Assembly (NCBI RefSeq): GCF_001194135.2
Contig: NC_068991.1
Span: 39,140,694 to 39,204,693 of the forward strand
Reading direction: 5' to 3'
From: Octopus bimaculoides
Lineage: Eukaryota
DNA: 64,000 nucleotides
Part shown: piece by piece, positions 10,966-23,100 of the stretch
Numbering within the stretch: the stretch's first letter is position 1
Layout: each line of letters begins with the position of its first letter
The notes under the pieces: model-generated
What the model was told of the DNA's origin: nothing
What the model saw: the letters and a program-made list of their open reading frames with translations, nothing else
Databases searched by the model: none
Translations under genes and position numbers: made by a program

Positions 10966-12222
10966 TGGCAGCCTGTACATGATAACACTTCCAATTAGTT
11001 AAGATCAGAGAGCCACAGCCTGGTACTGCATCAGGGCATTACTATCACAATCAACTTCATCGTCATTATTATTATTGTTGTTAAGGTGGTAAGCTGGCAG
11101 AATCGTTAGTATGCTGGGCAAAATGTTTAGCGGCATTTTGTCCATCTTTACGTTCTGAGTTCAAATTCTGTCATGGTTGACTTCCCATTTCATCTTTTTG
11201 GGGTCAATAAAATAGGTACCAGATGAGCATTGGGTTCAGTGTAATTGACTTACCCCCTCCCCTGAGATTGCTGGCCTTTTGACAAAATTTGAAATCATTA
11301 TCATTATCGTTGTTCTTTCCAGGTAAAATCATTTCATAAAATAAAAGTAAAATACCTGTCATGTACTGGGGTTGATTTATTTAACTCTATTAAACCACTA
11401 AATTCAAAGTTTTGCACCTATATTATAAGTCAATATTATTGATTATGTTAAAAATCATAAATTCACATAAAAAAAAACCCATCCCACTCTATCCTCATTG
11501 TGAAGTGGGTTTAGAAAACTTCTTAGTTAACAGTGAAACCTAAGACTGGCTGTCTTTGTAACAGGTGGTTTACCCACAATGCCAATGTGTGTCATATGTT
11601 ACCATGTGTCGTTTAATTATATTCTGAGATGTAACATTAATAAAATTTCTTTAAACAAATTCCTGGATTAATTGACCCGAAAAGAATAAAGCTGAGGGTG
11701 GAGTACATACAGAAATAAAAATTTCTTTTAATAAGAGACAAAAACAAAACAATGTGACCTTTATGAACATAAAACACCTTAAAAACTTAAATAATGTTTT
11801 GTAATTCATACTGATTAAGAATTTGCAGTGTATGGACTTTGGGGTAGGTAGAGTGTGCAGCTCACCCTTGCAAGCAGTTGTAGAACTGTATGCTTTACAA
11901 ATGTCTTGTTTGCTCGCAGTATCTAGTTTAATTCCTCATGATAAGGATAAAAAATGAGTTCTGCAGTGTATCTAAGAATAACTTGTTTTCCATAGGGAAA
12001 ATCTTTGGTAGCTACTTGCCATCACCAGATGAATTATTTTAAAATACTGCTGAACCATGTTATTAAATTTTGGAGAAAGCCTACATTATTTAGTTAATTA
12101 ATTAAATTGTTTATCAAATGTTATTCATAAAATAGAGAGACAAACCAACTACATGAACATCAGGATTGCATTTCTTTAAAACAAAATTCTGTATACTGCT
12201 GGGTCTATTTATTGGTTCTTAA

Positions 12223-12437
12223 CCCTTCAACATTCAGATTACTCTGTCAAATATATTGCATTCACATAGTTTTGAATTAATCATGCATTATCTTGTAGCT
12301 TTGAGATTTCAATGATGTAATTGTTTATCTTTAGAACGATATTGTAGGGTAAATGTGAAAGGCTGGATTTAGCCAGTTTTAACATAAAACAACTTGAATA
12401 TTTGAGCTAGATGTTGCTGGTTCAAATGCTAAGGGGT
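12223..12437. mobile_element. piggyBac-type MITE family 1 (TTAA-CCCTT...AAGGG-TTAA, about 220 bp)
   Basis: TTAA on both flanks and a shared internal sequence with copies at 27733-27950, 28724-28936, 52417-52635 and 58780-59209. Confidence 0.8.
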
Positions 12438-14323
12438 TTAACATAGTTTTATGTTGATATAAAACAAGAAAGTCATCCTTAATTAAATTAAAAGATAATA
12501 CATGGAAGGACAAATACAGAGAGAAAAATCTGATGAAAGGTCTCATTTTATTATAGTTTTTGTTTCCCTTGTCATTAAAAAAAAGACCCTTAATTGTAAA
12601 TGTTAATTTAATCAATGAAAAATTTTGAAAATGATTATGAAAAATTAAGTCCTACAAATGTAAACTGAAAAGAATCTAATGAAAACAAAATGATAGTAAA
12701 TTTCTGCTTGCCTGATGCAAACAAAGAATAATTTTCTTAATTTTATTTAATTTGTTTTACATTAGCATAAACATAAGTATTACACATGAAGTGTAACCAT
12801 TTCAACTGGGAGCCTAAATCAACTAGTGGGCTAACTTTGGTAGGAACTTACAAATTAAAAACTTACAAATTAAAAACTTCCAATGATTTTGTATTTGATC
12901 ATTTGCAACTTCAGTTTTTCAAAAGGAAAGCAATAATATCAGTTCTTCACAAGCAAAAAAAGTTACAATACTAACTGGGATTCCCAGTGGAACCATTTCA
13001 TTTTAGAAACATTGATAACACCTTTGAAAAAGGCAAAAACCTTCAGCTTCTCTTCATTTTCTTTCTCTCTTAAAAAAAAGTCTCAGATTTCATACATTTA
13101 GAATTACTGTTTCTTTTTTTTTCTTTTTTTTTATACATGGGTACAAGATTCGTGTTTCTAGAAGAGGAGCAGAATTGAATCAGCACAATATATTATTTGT
13201 ATTCATTCTATAACTCCCTTCATCATGATGCATTATAAATGTCAGTAGTTAATTAAATATATATCAGAAGTTAATTAAATATATAAATGTCATCAGTAAG
13301 AGACAAAATAATGTAATTAATGAGTTTTTAAAAGATTTTTTTTAAAGTAAAGTGTAAAGTGTTTTTTAAAGGTTTTGTCTATAGGAAAGGGTTATGCCTA
13401 TGTTCATTGCAGACCCTCCACCCCCAAAGATGGTGAGATTGACACAGTTCCTTGTGAATAACAAGTTGATAGCTGCAGGAATTCCATGAGGAAAGGGGAA
13501 ATTCCTGAGAGGTGATTTTCTGGGAGAAAGCACTCAATATAGAGATGAGTGCTAGGTTGGGAAATGGGTGGTGGGTAGACTCAATATGGGTAATGAGAGA
13601 AGGAAAGACAAGTGAGCTGGGAATGGCTGAGGGAGATTAAGCATGGCAAAACTTTCTACAATTTCTACCAAGTAGTAACATTCAGGTCATAAACCATTGC
13701 TCAAATTAGGAACTGTTAGGAAGAAATTATTGTAATACATGTTAAAAAATTACAAAAAAAAAAAAAAGAATTAAAATTCTGGTTTTGTTCTGTTTAATGT
13801 TTTTTTTTTACTCAAAACTTTGTTACATGGCTATTCATGTTGAGGTGTTGTTTCAGTTTGAAACAGACATAATATTTAGATTAACATCATATATACCAAC
13901 CAAACAGTGGAGATCCTTTCACAGCTTACAGTCATTCATTGGGTTGTTTACTCAACATTGCTTTTGTTTTTTGTTTTCTATTCTCTATTGATATAAAGCA
14001 GAGACAAAACTTAAAACTCATCGATATCTGTCTTGAAGGACATTTCATCCAGACAACTTTCCATTTACACTGATATAGGATTTCCTACAAGGTAAGTAAG
14101 AAGTAAGGGCTAAATGGTCTGTTGAAGAATTCAATGCATTACTTGATAAATTGTGTATGAACTTCCAGTCTGTGTATCCCACGTCCACTACATGTCAACA
14201 TCTAACCGGTCAAGTGTGCTTTCTTACTGAGTATCTTCATTATTTCTTCCTTCATCTAAATATCAAAATAATTGTAAAGAAAAACAAGAAGAGAGAAAGA
14301 AGGAAAGAACAAAGCTAAGCTTT

Positions 14324-14986
14324 TCAATGTCGAGGAAAGCCAAACTGAGGATTGTCCCCTGGTTTTAAGGAAGTTAACTTTTCTGTAAAAAAAGTTTTCA
14401 AAATCAAAACTTGACTAATGCTAGCTACACATATAATGGAGGTAAGACCAAGTGACCACCATAAAACATGAGTGTTCAAGGTTTCGGCTGTGTGACGTCC
14501 GACTGCTTCACGTAGTCTGTAATTCTTTTGATGGTTAACAACTTTGGTCATGCTTTCATGAACAATGTTGCAAGAAGATTCAGCTGAGGTTGGTGCTGAC
14601 GGTTTTTTAATGCCCATTTCAACAGCCAAATTATCAATTTCTTCGCCTTGAATACTAAAGAAAACAATTTTATGTGTTAAGCTAGAAAATTCATTGCTGA
14701 AACAAAATTTATAAACTCCTGAGGAGCTGTTGATTTTCAAGCGATCTTCCTGTCGACGCATTTCTTTATAGATGATTCGACCATTTGGTGAGATTAATGA
14801 AACATCAATGTCCTTATTACCACCTCTGATTACTTTGTAAGTAAATATATAAGGTTCAGATCTTTCAAACTCATGCATAAAGCACCAAGCAGCATTATCT
14901 TTTAATTCAATTGTCAGTGATATTTGTTCTGCAGAAATAACTGCTGATGACATCAATACAAAAGTGGCCACAATTAAATGAAACAT
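14324..14986 (-). CDS. TMED7: p24-gamma (TMED7/TMED3-like) GOLD-domain cargo receptor, single coding exon, 220 aa
   Basis: Uninterrupted ORF: signal peptide (MFHLIVATFVLMSSAVISA), GOLD cysteines (WCF, YKFCFSNEFS), VIRGG..DID, coiled coil (YRLREAVGR..AE.LN..V.WWS), TM helix, LKTFF cytosolic motif. An in-frame upstream ATG at 15025 is an alternative start. TMED7 versus TMED3 is not resolved. Confidence 0.93.
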   Translation of the reverse strand: MFHLIVATFVLMSSAVISAEQISLTIELKDNAAWCFMHEFERSEPYIFTYKVIRGGNKDIDVSLISPNGRIIYKEMRRQEDRLKINSSSGVYKFCFSNEFSSLTHKIVFFSIQGEEIDNLAVEMGIKKPSAPTSAESSCNIVHESMTKVVNHQKNYRLREAVGRHTAETLNTHVLWWSLGLTSIICVASISQVLILKTFFTEKLTSLKPGDNPQFGFPRH

Positions 14987-15604
14987 ATTTATATTTAAAT
15001 AATTGCTTTGAGAATATTTGATCATCTTGAAAATTTTAAGGGTTATTTGTATTATACTTTTGAATTCTTTCTCAAACAATCACAGTAGTTAAGTCATGTA
15101 AAAGAATGAAATTCATGAAAAGAAATGCTTATTTATGTATACACACACAGAAGTACATACATACACACAGAGAAATATTTTTTAAAGTTTTTCATCCATC
15201 AAAAATACAGTTAACATTGAATGCAAAGGTTGAAAATGGCTATGGACATACCACTTTTTATAAATTTTGGAATGATAGGAAAATTACTTCCAGGAAGAAA
15301 AGTGTCGGAACCAGTATAATTTTTTTCCCCTTTCCTTTTCAATCTTTTTTTTTATAATATTCAAAGCTTGTATTTTCAGGCTTATTCTCTTCTATTTTCT
15401 AATTCTCTGTTAATTTCTCTCAATTCGTATCTCTTATGTTTTTCCTTTATAATTGTAATTTATGTTTCCTATATCAGTCCATGATATATTCTGTCTATAA
15501 ATAAGAACAATCTTCTCCAAAGGTAAAGTTATCCACAAAACGTTGGCCAAGAAACTGTCAGCATTCCATGTTTGTTTTGAAGGTGGAGTGAAAAAATGAA
15601 CAAA

Positions 15605-15631
15605 TGACGTGAACTGGAATTAACCACGTGG
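15605..15631. promoter_or_regulatory. Candidate UPRE (TGACGTGA) plus CCACGTGG box about 620 bp upstream of the TMED ATG
   Basis: TGACGTGA at 15605-15612 and CCACGTGG at 15624-15631 in CpG-poor DNA; motif match only. Confidence 0.35.
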
Positions 15632-15925
15632 AAAGTTAGAAAATGGAGAGGTTTTAGAATAGATTTTACATGGTGTCATTTGTTATTGATTCCTTGCCAC
15701 GCGAACACAAAGCTGTTAGGCATCATTATGCTGTTGGCAAGTCATACTGCAATAGCAACAGATGGTCCTTCTTGTCCCTACCTGGCCAACTGTCCAAATA
15801 GTTCTTTGTTAGATCAGATGTCAAAGTGTGTAAACATTCAGACACATGCAGACAATAAAATACTTAATATTAATAGTAATAATTTAAAGTGAAGCATTTG
15901 TATACATATGCATAAGCATTTGTGC

Positions 15926-16052
<127 letters not shown>

Positions 16053-16525
16053 CAAATATATATGGGGGGGGTATCATCATCATCATTTTTAACATCTACT
16101 TTTCTTTGTTTGCATGTGTCAGACAGAATTTAATGAGACAGATTCTTTTTATGATTGAATGTTCTTTCTATCATCAAGTCCCACCTTGGAAACTCATCAA
16201 GTTTCCAAATAAGACAATATTTCCTCATGGTCAGATATATTTTTCACAAAATATTGGAAATGAACCACATGGTTTTGCATGAAGGTGATTTTTATTTTAT
16301 AACTGTTGCATACTATCAAGACAAAGAGACACTAACACATTCACACATTAGCATGGGTCTGTGGTTAAGATGGTTTTCAGGTTGAGTTACTTTAGGTGAT
16401 TTCAGGTTGAGTCCTTTTAGGTGGGACCTTGAGCATGCATTGCCTACTATAGGTCCAGGCTGACTAATGTCTTGTGAATGGATTTGATAGGTGGAAACTA
16501 AAAGAAGCCTACAATATATGCATGC

Positions 16526-16560
<35 letters not shown>

Positions 16561-17029
16561 CATGTCTTGACAGTGTGCAACAGTCGTAAATGAGTAGCAC
16601 TGTCATACAAGTGGTGTTATTCCTTCTCGACCTTCCATGGAAACATATCTGGCCATTGGGAAACATTACCTTTCTTGGTGACAGCAAGGGTTGTAGAAAA
16701 CATGTCTTGATAAATTCTGTTTAGTGGATGCAAACATGGAAAAGTGGACACTAAATCAATGTTGATGATGAAGATACTTATTAATAGGTAGAGCACAATT
16801 ATTCATATGCAAGTACAACTAGCTTTCTGTAAGAAGCAGTTCCTAAGTTTGTTTGTAGAAAAATTCTACATTTTCATTAAGGCTGTCTAAATAACAAATA
16901 AATGATTCAAGATGCGTATTCTGTGAAATTTTGTGTAAGATGAGAATGTCAGAGGAAATATTCAACAAGCTCCTACAAAACTTAACAGAGCTGTCATCTT
17001 GAATAATTCATTCATTATTTAGACAAGTA

Positions 17030-17183
17030 CAGGCATGGCTGTGTGGTAAGAAGCTTGCTTCCCAACCACATGGTTCTGGGCAAGTGTCTTCTACTATAGC
17101 GTCAGGTTGACCAAAGTCTTATGAGTGGATTTGGTAGATGGAAACTGAAAGAAGCCTGTTGTATATATATATGTATATATATA
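17030..17183 (+). repeat. tRNA-derived SINE family B (ggctgtgtggtaagaagcttgcttcccaaccacatggttc...gaaactgaaagaagcc) followed by (TA)n
   Basis: A/B-box-like head; further copies at about 23075-23225, 27325-27650, 27960-28355(-), 38900-39060, 39125-39515(-), 51795-51955, 54055-54195 and 57418-57570. Confidence 0.85.
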
Positions 17184-17507
17184 NNNNNNNNNNNNNNNNN
17201 NNNNNNNNNNNNNNNNNNNNNNNNNNNNNNNNNNNNNNNNNNNNNNNNNNNNNNNNNNNNNNNNNNNNNNNNNNNNNNNNNNNNNNNNNNNNNNNNNNNN
17301 NNNNNNNNNNNNNNNNNNNNNNNNNNNNNNNNNNNNNNNNNNNNNNNNNNNNNNNNNNNNNNNNNNNNNNNNNNNNNNNNNNNNNNNNNNNNNNNNNNNN
17401 NNNNNNNNNNNNNNNNNNNNNNNNNNNNNNNNNNNNNNNNNNNNNNNNNNNNNNNNNNNNNNNNNNNNNNNNNNNNNNNNNNNNNNNNNNNNNNNNNNNN
17501 NNNNNNN
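17184..17507. other. Assembly gap (N run) after (TA)n
   Basis: Direct reading. Confidence 1.
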
Positions 17508-18194
17508 ATACCTCACCACATGGAGTAGAAACCAGATGTTCAGATAAGTAGCCTTATTTTCCAACCTAGCATCTAAAACCTCTTTTTCAGCACAATTTAT
17601 TATAAAAAATTACTTTATTATTTCATTTCATTATCTTTCTATGCAAACACAGTTTCATCTTCCATGCCGTATGTTTAGAGAAAAAAACTTAAGATCCCTT
17701 TGCTCAATTCAACTCTCCCTCTTTCTCTCTCTCTTTCACACTCATTTATTATTGTCATTTATTCATTCATTTATCTAATTTTGTCACAGTTTGGTTGACC
17801 AAAAACTGTTGGTTATAGCTCTAGTTAAGGATTCAAATACCCAATTCTATCTGATTATCATCATTAATATTCTCTCACACCGGCAGCCTGAGTTTTTACT
17901 GTTTCACATTGCTGTTTCATGGTGCACCCACCAATCCCACCCCCACCACCTGTACCAGAAGTCTCTATCCTCTGACCTCTATTGGATGTCTCTCCCATGA
18001 ACACCTCCAAAGGCTTAATGTTCCTCCATCCCTACTTAGGGGTCTATCTTCTATGTAATGTAGTGATTATGTAGCACATAAAATGATGGTGTAATGTATG
18101 CAGGTTGAAGGCCATTGTTCATTTATGAGTTCTGCCAAATGCGAGCTTTCTTTTCTGGTGCATGATGCTGCTGTCCCCTATCTCAGGGTCTCAC

Positions 18195-18497
18195 AGGCCC
18201 ACACCTCCCACACCCTCAGAGTTGGCACACTTAATGTCAGCACATCAAAAGGTAGGTCTGGTGAGATTGTTGAGATGCTTGAACAGAGATGTGTAGGTTT
18301 GTGCTGCATCCAAGAAGAAAGGTGGAGAAGAAGTTCTGCTAGGTTCCTCACAGGCAAAGAACATAGGTGTAAGATTTTCTGGGCAGGGAACAGACGGGGT
18401 GGGGGTGGGAGGCGCGAGTATACTTCTTGCAGAGAAATGGGTTGATAAGGTAATTGAGGTTGTCAGAGTCTGTGATAGAATACTTAAGATTAGATTA
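18195..18497 (+). mobile_element. RTE-type LINE apurinic endonuclease N-terminal fragment
   Basis: LRVGTLNV...LCCIQE.RW...KIFWAGN, then ILLAEKWVDKVIEVVRVCDRILKIRL after a frameshift. Confidence 0.8.
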
Positions 18498-19832
18498 TAT
18501 ATACATGTAGATGTAGGTATGTACATATATGTACGTATATGTGCATATACTCACATATTATTTGTATTATTATACATATATATATATACATACACACACA
18601 CATGCATATGTGTGTATGTGTTGTGTTTGTCACCTATCACATTTGACAACCAGTATTGGTTTGTTTACATCCCTATAACTTAGCAGTTCTGCAAAAGAGA
18701 CTGATAGAATAAGTACCCGACTTTGACAAAAAAAGTGTAGGGGTTGATTTTTTTAAACTAGAACCCTTCAGAGCAGTGTCCCAGAATGACTGCAGTCCAA
18801 TGACTGAAACAAAATAAAAGAAACAAAGAGTTTTAAAAATCCATGCAGACAGACACACATACACTTTCTTGTTGTAAGAAATACAGTTTCTGAGAAGTGT
18901 AGGAACTATGACATTTGTAGATCTCGTAAAACTTGTTAGATTAGTGCAGTCAATGTTTATTTTAAAATTCTGTAGGAAGATACTTGAAGAAAAAAACAAC
19001 AAAAACCAAAAATTTTAATGTTGCTGTGAGAGATAATCAGAGATTCGAGGCTGGAACCATCAATGATTTTGTATTTTGTGACTTTATACATTGACACAGT
19101 GTGTAGTGCAAGATTTCACTTGATATATGTGGCAATCGTATCTTTTTTGCTATAGAAGTAGATGAAGTTTCCATTGCAAACACACCAACATCGGTTGTCA
19201 AATGATGGAGGGACAAACAGAGACACAAACACACACATATATATACATATATACGATGGGCTTCTCTCAGTTTCCATCTATGAAATCCACGCACAAGGCT
19301 TTGGTTGACTCGAGGTTATAGTAGAAGACACTCTATAAAGTATAGAGTTGGCAACTTTTCTTCCCCACCCATTTTGTAGGAGTAATACCCATTTTTCTGG
19401 GCTCTTTTCACAGCTATACCCCGTTTGAAATTTGCATTAGTTTTTGTATGAAAAAAGAAAAAAAAACAGAAGGGAGTGGGGTTTGTTTGTAGTTTCTAAA
19501 GAAAACGTTAAACATACCTAAAAAAAAAATACGGTCTTTTCCCCCAACTAAAAGAAATGAAGAACTATCAAACAAGGCAAATAAGTACAGGGGGTGGGGG
19601 AAAGAAGAAAGAACTAACACTTGATCCTTCTAGAACTCCCAGAATGGAAACCTAAACACCTAATAAACTTTCCCTTCTATTCATTACTAAATCTCTTTCA
19701 CTCTTCATTGTTAAAAGTAAAGAAGCTAGAAAAGACCGATCGTATTTCAGTCTAATTGTCATTTTAAATGACTGAGGCTTTCCTTTTCTTGTCTCTATTG
19801 CTTCACTCCTTTTCTCCATGGTTAAGAGAGTG

Positions 19833-20135
19833 AAGGTGCGTGGCTCAGTGGTTAAGGGTATTTGGCCCACGATCGTATGGTCATGAGTATGATTCCTGGC
19901 AGTACACTGTTTTCCTGAGCAAGGCACTCTACTTCACCTGGCAAAAATGAGTTGTAGCTGTAATTGAAAGGGGCCAGCCTTGTCACATTCTGTGTGAGGC
20001 TGAATCTCCCTGAGAACTACGTTAATGGCATGCATGTCTGTGGAGTACTCAGCCACTTGCACGTTAATTTTACAAGCAGTTGTAAAATCATAACAGATAA
20101 ACAGGAACCTTTTCATCGTAACTGACAGAATACCA
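19833..20135 (+). repeat. tRNA-derived SINE family C (tggctcagtggttaag...cagccttgtcac...cagccacttgcacgttaa)
   Basis: The same core is present at 20460-20605 and 63457-63800. Confidence 0.75.
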
Positions 20136-23100
20136 TTCTTTAAAAAGAGTGAAAGGAAAGGAAATGTTTCATATCATAAAGCAAAAATATGTGTTTAGTA
20201 TAAGCAGTGAAAGCTAAGATGAAATAATTGCTATTCTGTCATGTAGTGACTTCACCCTTGACTCACACTCAATTTAATAACAACATGCGCATCAGTATTT
20301 ATCAAAGGGCTTGGCCTCCAGATCTGTGAGACCCACAAATGCTGCTGTTAGGACTTGATTAACCCCCATAGTGACCCTAACGACTAAAAAGATTTTCCTG
20401 CCCCTATATAGGATCTTTTTTGGTTTTCTTCCAACCACTTGGAGGTTTATCGTGCTCCAGTCCACTCAGCTGGCCAAAATGAATTGTAGTTGTAATTGAA
20501 AGGGGCCAGCCTTGTCAGATTCTGTGTGAGGCTGAATCACCTTGAGAACTGTGTTAATGGTATGCATGTCTGTGGAATACTCAGCCACTTGCACATTAAT
20601 TCTATCCTCGTGTGGTAATGAAAAGTAAAAGTGACATCCAATATTTGCTGTAGTTAATTTGTCTTTGATTTGACAATGTGTCTATGTATCTATTTTTCTT
20701 TTGATCTATGTATCTACTTTCCGTTCGATGTATGTATTAGTCTACTCTGAAAATACTGATAGACATTTAAAAACAAAAAGGGAACGCCATCTTCCTTTCA
20801 GTACCACTCACTGTCTCTCTCCTGCTTTGCCACTCACTTCAACTATACCTCCTCTGCTTAACACCTTTTATTTCTCTTTTTCTTTGTACCTCTCCCTTCA
20901 ACCTTTTTACTACTTCCTTTGAAGTAATTGTGACACACACCACATGTATGTATGTATAAAAACAGAAAATTAGCATATTAATATTATTGATTGTTAAATT
21001 CTGCAAAGGTCGACTTTGCTTTTCATCTTTTTGAGGTCGATAAAATAAGTACCAATTGAGTACTGGGGTTGATGTAATCAACTACTCTCGTCCAAATTTC
21101 AGGCCTTGTGCCTATAATAGAAGGGATTATTATTGTTATTGTTATTTTTATTAAGGTGGTGAACTGGCAGAATCATTAGCATGCCAGGTGAAATGCTTAG
21201 CAGCATTTCATCCGTCCTTATGTTCTGAGTTCAAATTACACCAAGGTTGACTTTATATTTCATCTTTCAGGGTTGATAAAATGAGTACCAGTTGCACACT
21301 GGAGTCAATGTAATCAACTAGCCCTTCTCCAAAAATTTCAGGCCTTGTACCTATAGGAGTAAGGATTATTATTATTTCTACTCTAGGCATAAAGCCTCAA
21401 ATTTTGGTGGGAAGTTGGATAGTCAATTACATCAATCCCAGTGCTCAACTGGTACATATTCCATTGATCCTGAAAGGACAAAAGGCAAAGGAGATCTTGG
21501 GTCAATCAAAGAAATGATCTCAACAGGACAACTATCCAGGGTTAATAAAAAAAACAAGCATTAAAACAGATTTTTGTAGAAGAGGGATATAGACGATGGA
21601 ATATGTGTAGATGGTCAACCTCTTAAAAATGGAAGCCAAATTTCCCTCAGATCTCACTCAATTATTTTATTTAAGAAAAGGACAAATCAGAAACTGCAGC
21701 ATGCATACCCTAAGAAAGACAGGATAGTCCTGTCTAGAATACATTTGATCATAGGTCTACTTAGAGTTGGCCTGCTTTAAATGACAATAACAATTTGAAA
21801 GTGTTAATGTGAGGGGCAAATAATAACAATGATTTGAATTAGAAGACTTTAAATTTAAGTATTGAAAAAGTGTATGAGATTAAGTGACAGTCCTGTTTTC
21901 TCTAGGGCCATCAGAAGTCAAATGATAACAACTGCAATTGTCACCAACTTAGCTTGCCACCACCACCACAACTACAGCTACGACAACCAGCACAGCAACT
22001 ACAACTCAACATCAACAACAACGAAAAGAATGCCAGAAATGTTCTCAGGTATCTCTAGTGATATTTAAATTACAATGGCTGCTTTTATTCAGTCGTGCAA
22101 TAAAAAATATATATCTACTTGACAAAAGTAATTCCCTTTCCTTGAGGTCTACTCCCAAAGACTGGAGGAGCTGATACACAGGAAAACACTACCCCTTAGT
22201 CATAACAGCTTTTAACCTACATCTAATATAGCTTTGTTTAGTCAAGGGTAAAGACTACTGTCTGGTGCTTTAAAACCTCATTTTAGACTAAAGGCATGCT
22301 AGACATGTATTTTAATAGACAAGTCTTTGTCCTAGGCTAGAATTGTTTGATATCATAACTGTCTCTGAAATATCTGTGTTATCAGATAGTGACTAGATAT
22401 AGGAAGAAAGACTTGACATTATACTAATATTTAAATGCCACCTTATTATGGAATAGCTGACATACCTATGTGTATGTCTGGATGTGTGTGTGTGTATATA
22501 TACATATATATGCTTTGGAGAAATGTTTTGAATATGCATATAAAAGCTCCTAACCTATTCTGCCAGCTACAGCCTAATGATGCCAACTAGTGATACCAGT
22601 TTTTTGGGGTTGTACCGAGCTATGCTGATATAATGTAGGATAAATATAGTAATAACAATAATAGTCCTTGGATGGAATTAATAAATATTTTAATGCATAT
22701 ATACATCTACATATGTATGTGTGTTTACATTTGTATACACACATAAGCATGTGTGTGTATTTACATCTATATACATACATATATATATTGCGTTCAAGTA
22801 TTGCAGTATTTCTTCTGATTCTATATTCAGTTCAAATCTTGCTGAACTCCACTTTGCTTTTCATCTCTAAGGGGTTTTTATTATTTTAAATCTATGAGAA
22901 TTTGAGAAATTAAAATTCAGTCAAAACAATATTGATTTTACTTGTAATAGTCAAAATACTAAGTACAACTTGACACTATTTTTGTCATTATAATAGTCAT
23001 AGCAGTTGTATAGTGGTAGTTAGTGTGAGAGGAATGGTTATAAATGAATATGAATTTATATGTATACAGGTGCAGACTTGGCTGTGTAGTAATAAGTTTG

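Noticed and set aside
13380-13625. Possible Penelope RT remnant (GSAMNIGITLSY resembling GVAMG...PSY)
   Set aside because: Similarity is too weak to call without a search.
13999-14091. Plus-strand exon-like segment (pyrimidine tract-AG ... AG|GTAAGT) downstream of the TMED gene
   Set aside because: Stops in all three frames and no partner exons found; a non-coding antisense exon cannot be excluded but is unsupported.
19833-19910. tRNA-like sequences (also SINE A and B heads and 63457-63500)
   Set aside because: A/B-box-like motifs run straight into repeat bodies found many times in the window, and no complete cloverleaf is evident; these are SINE heads, not tRNA genes.
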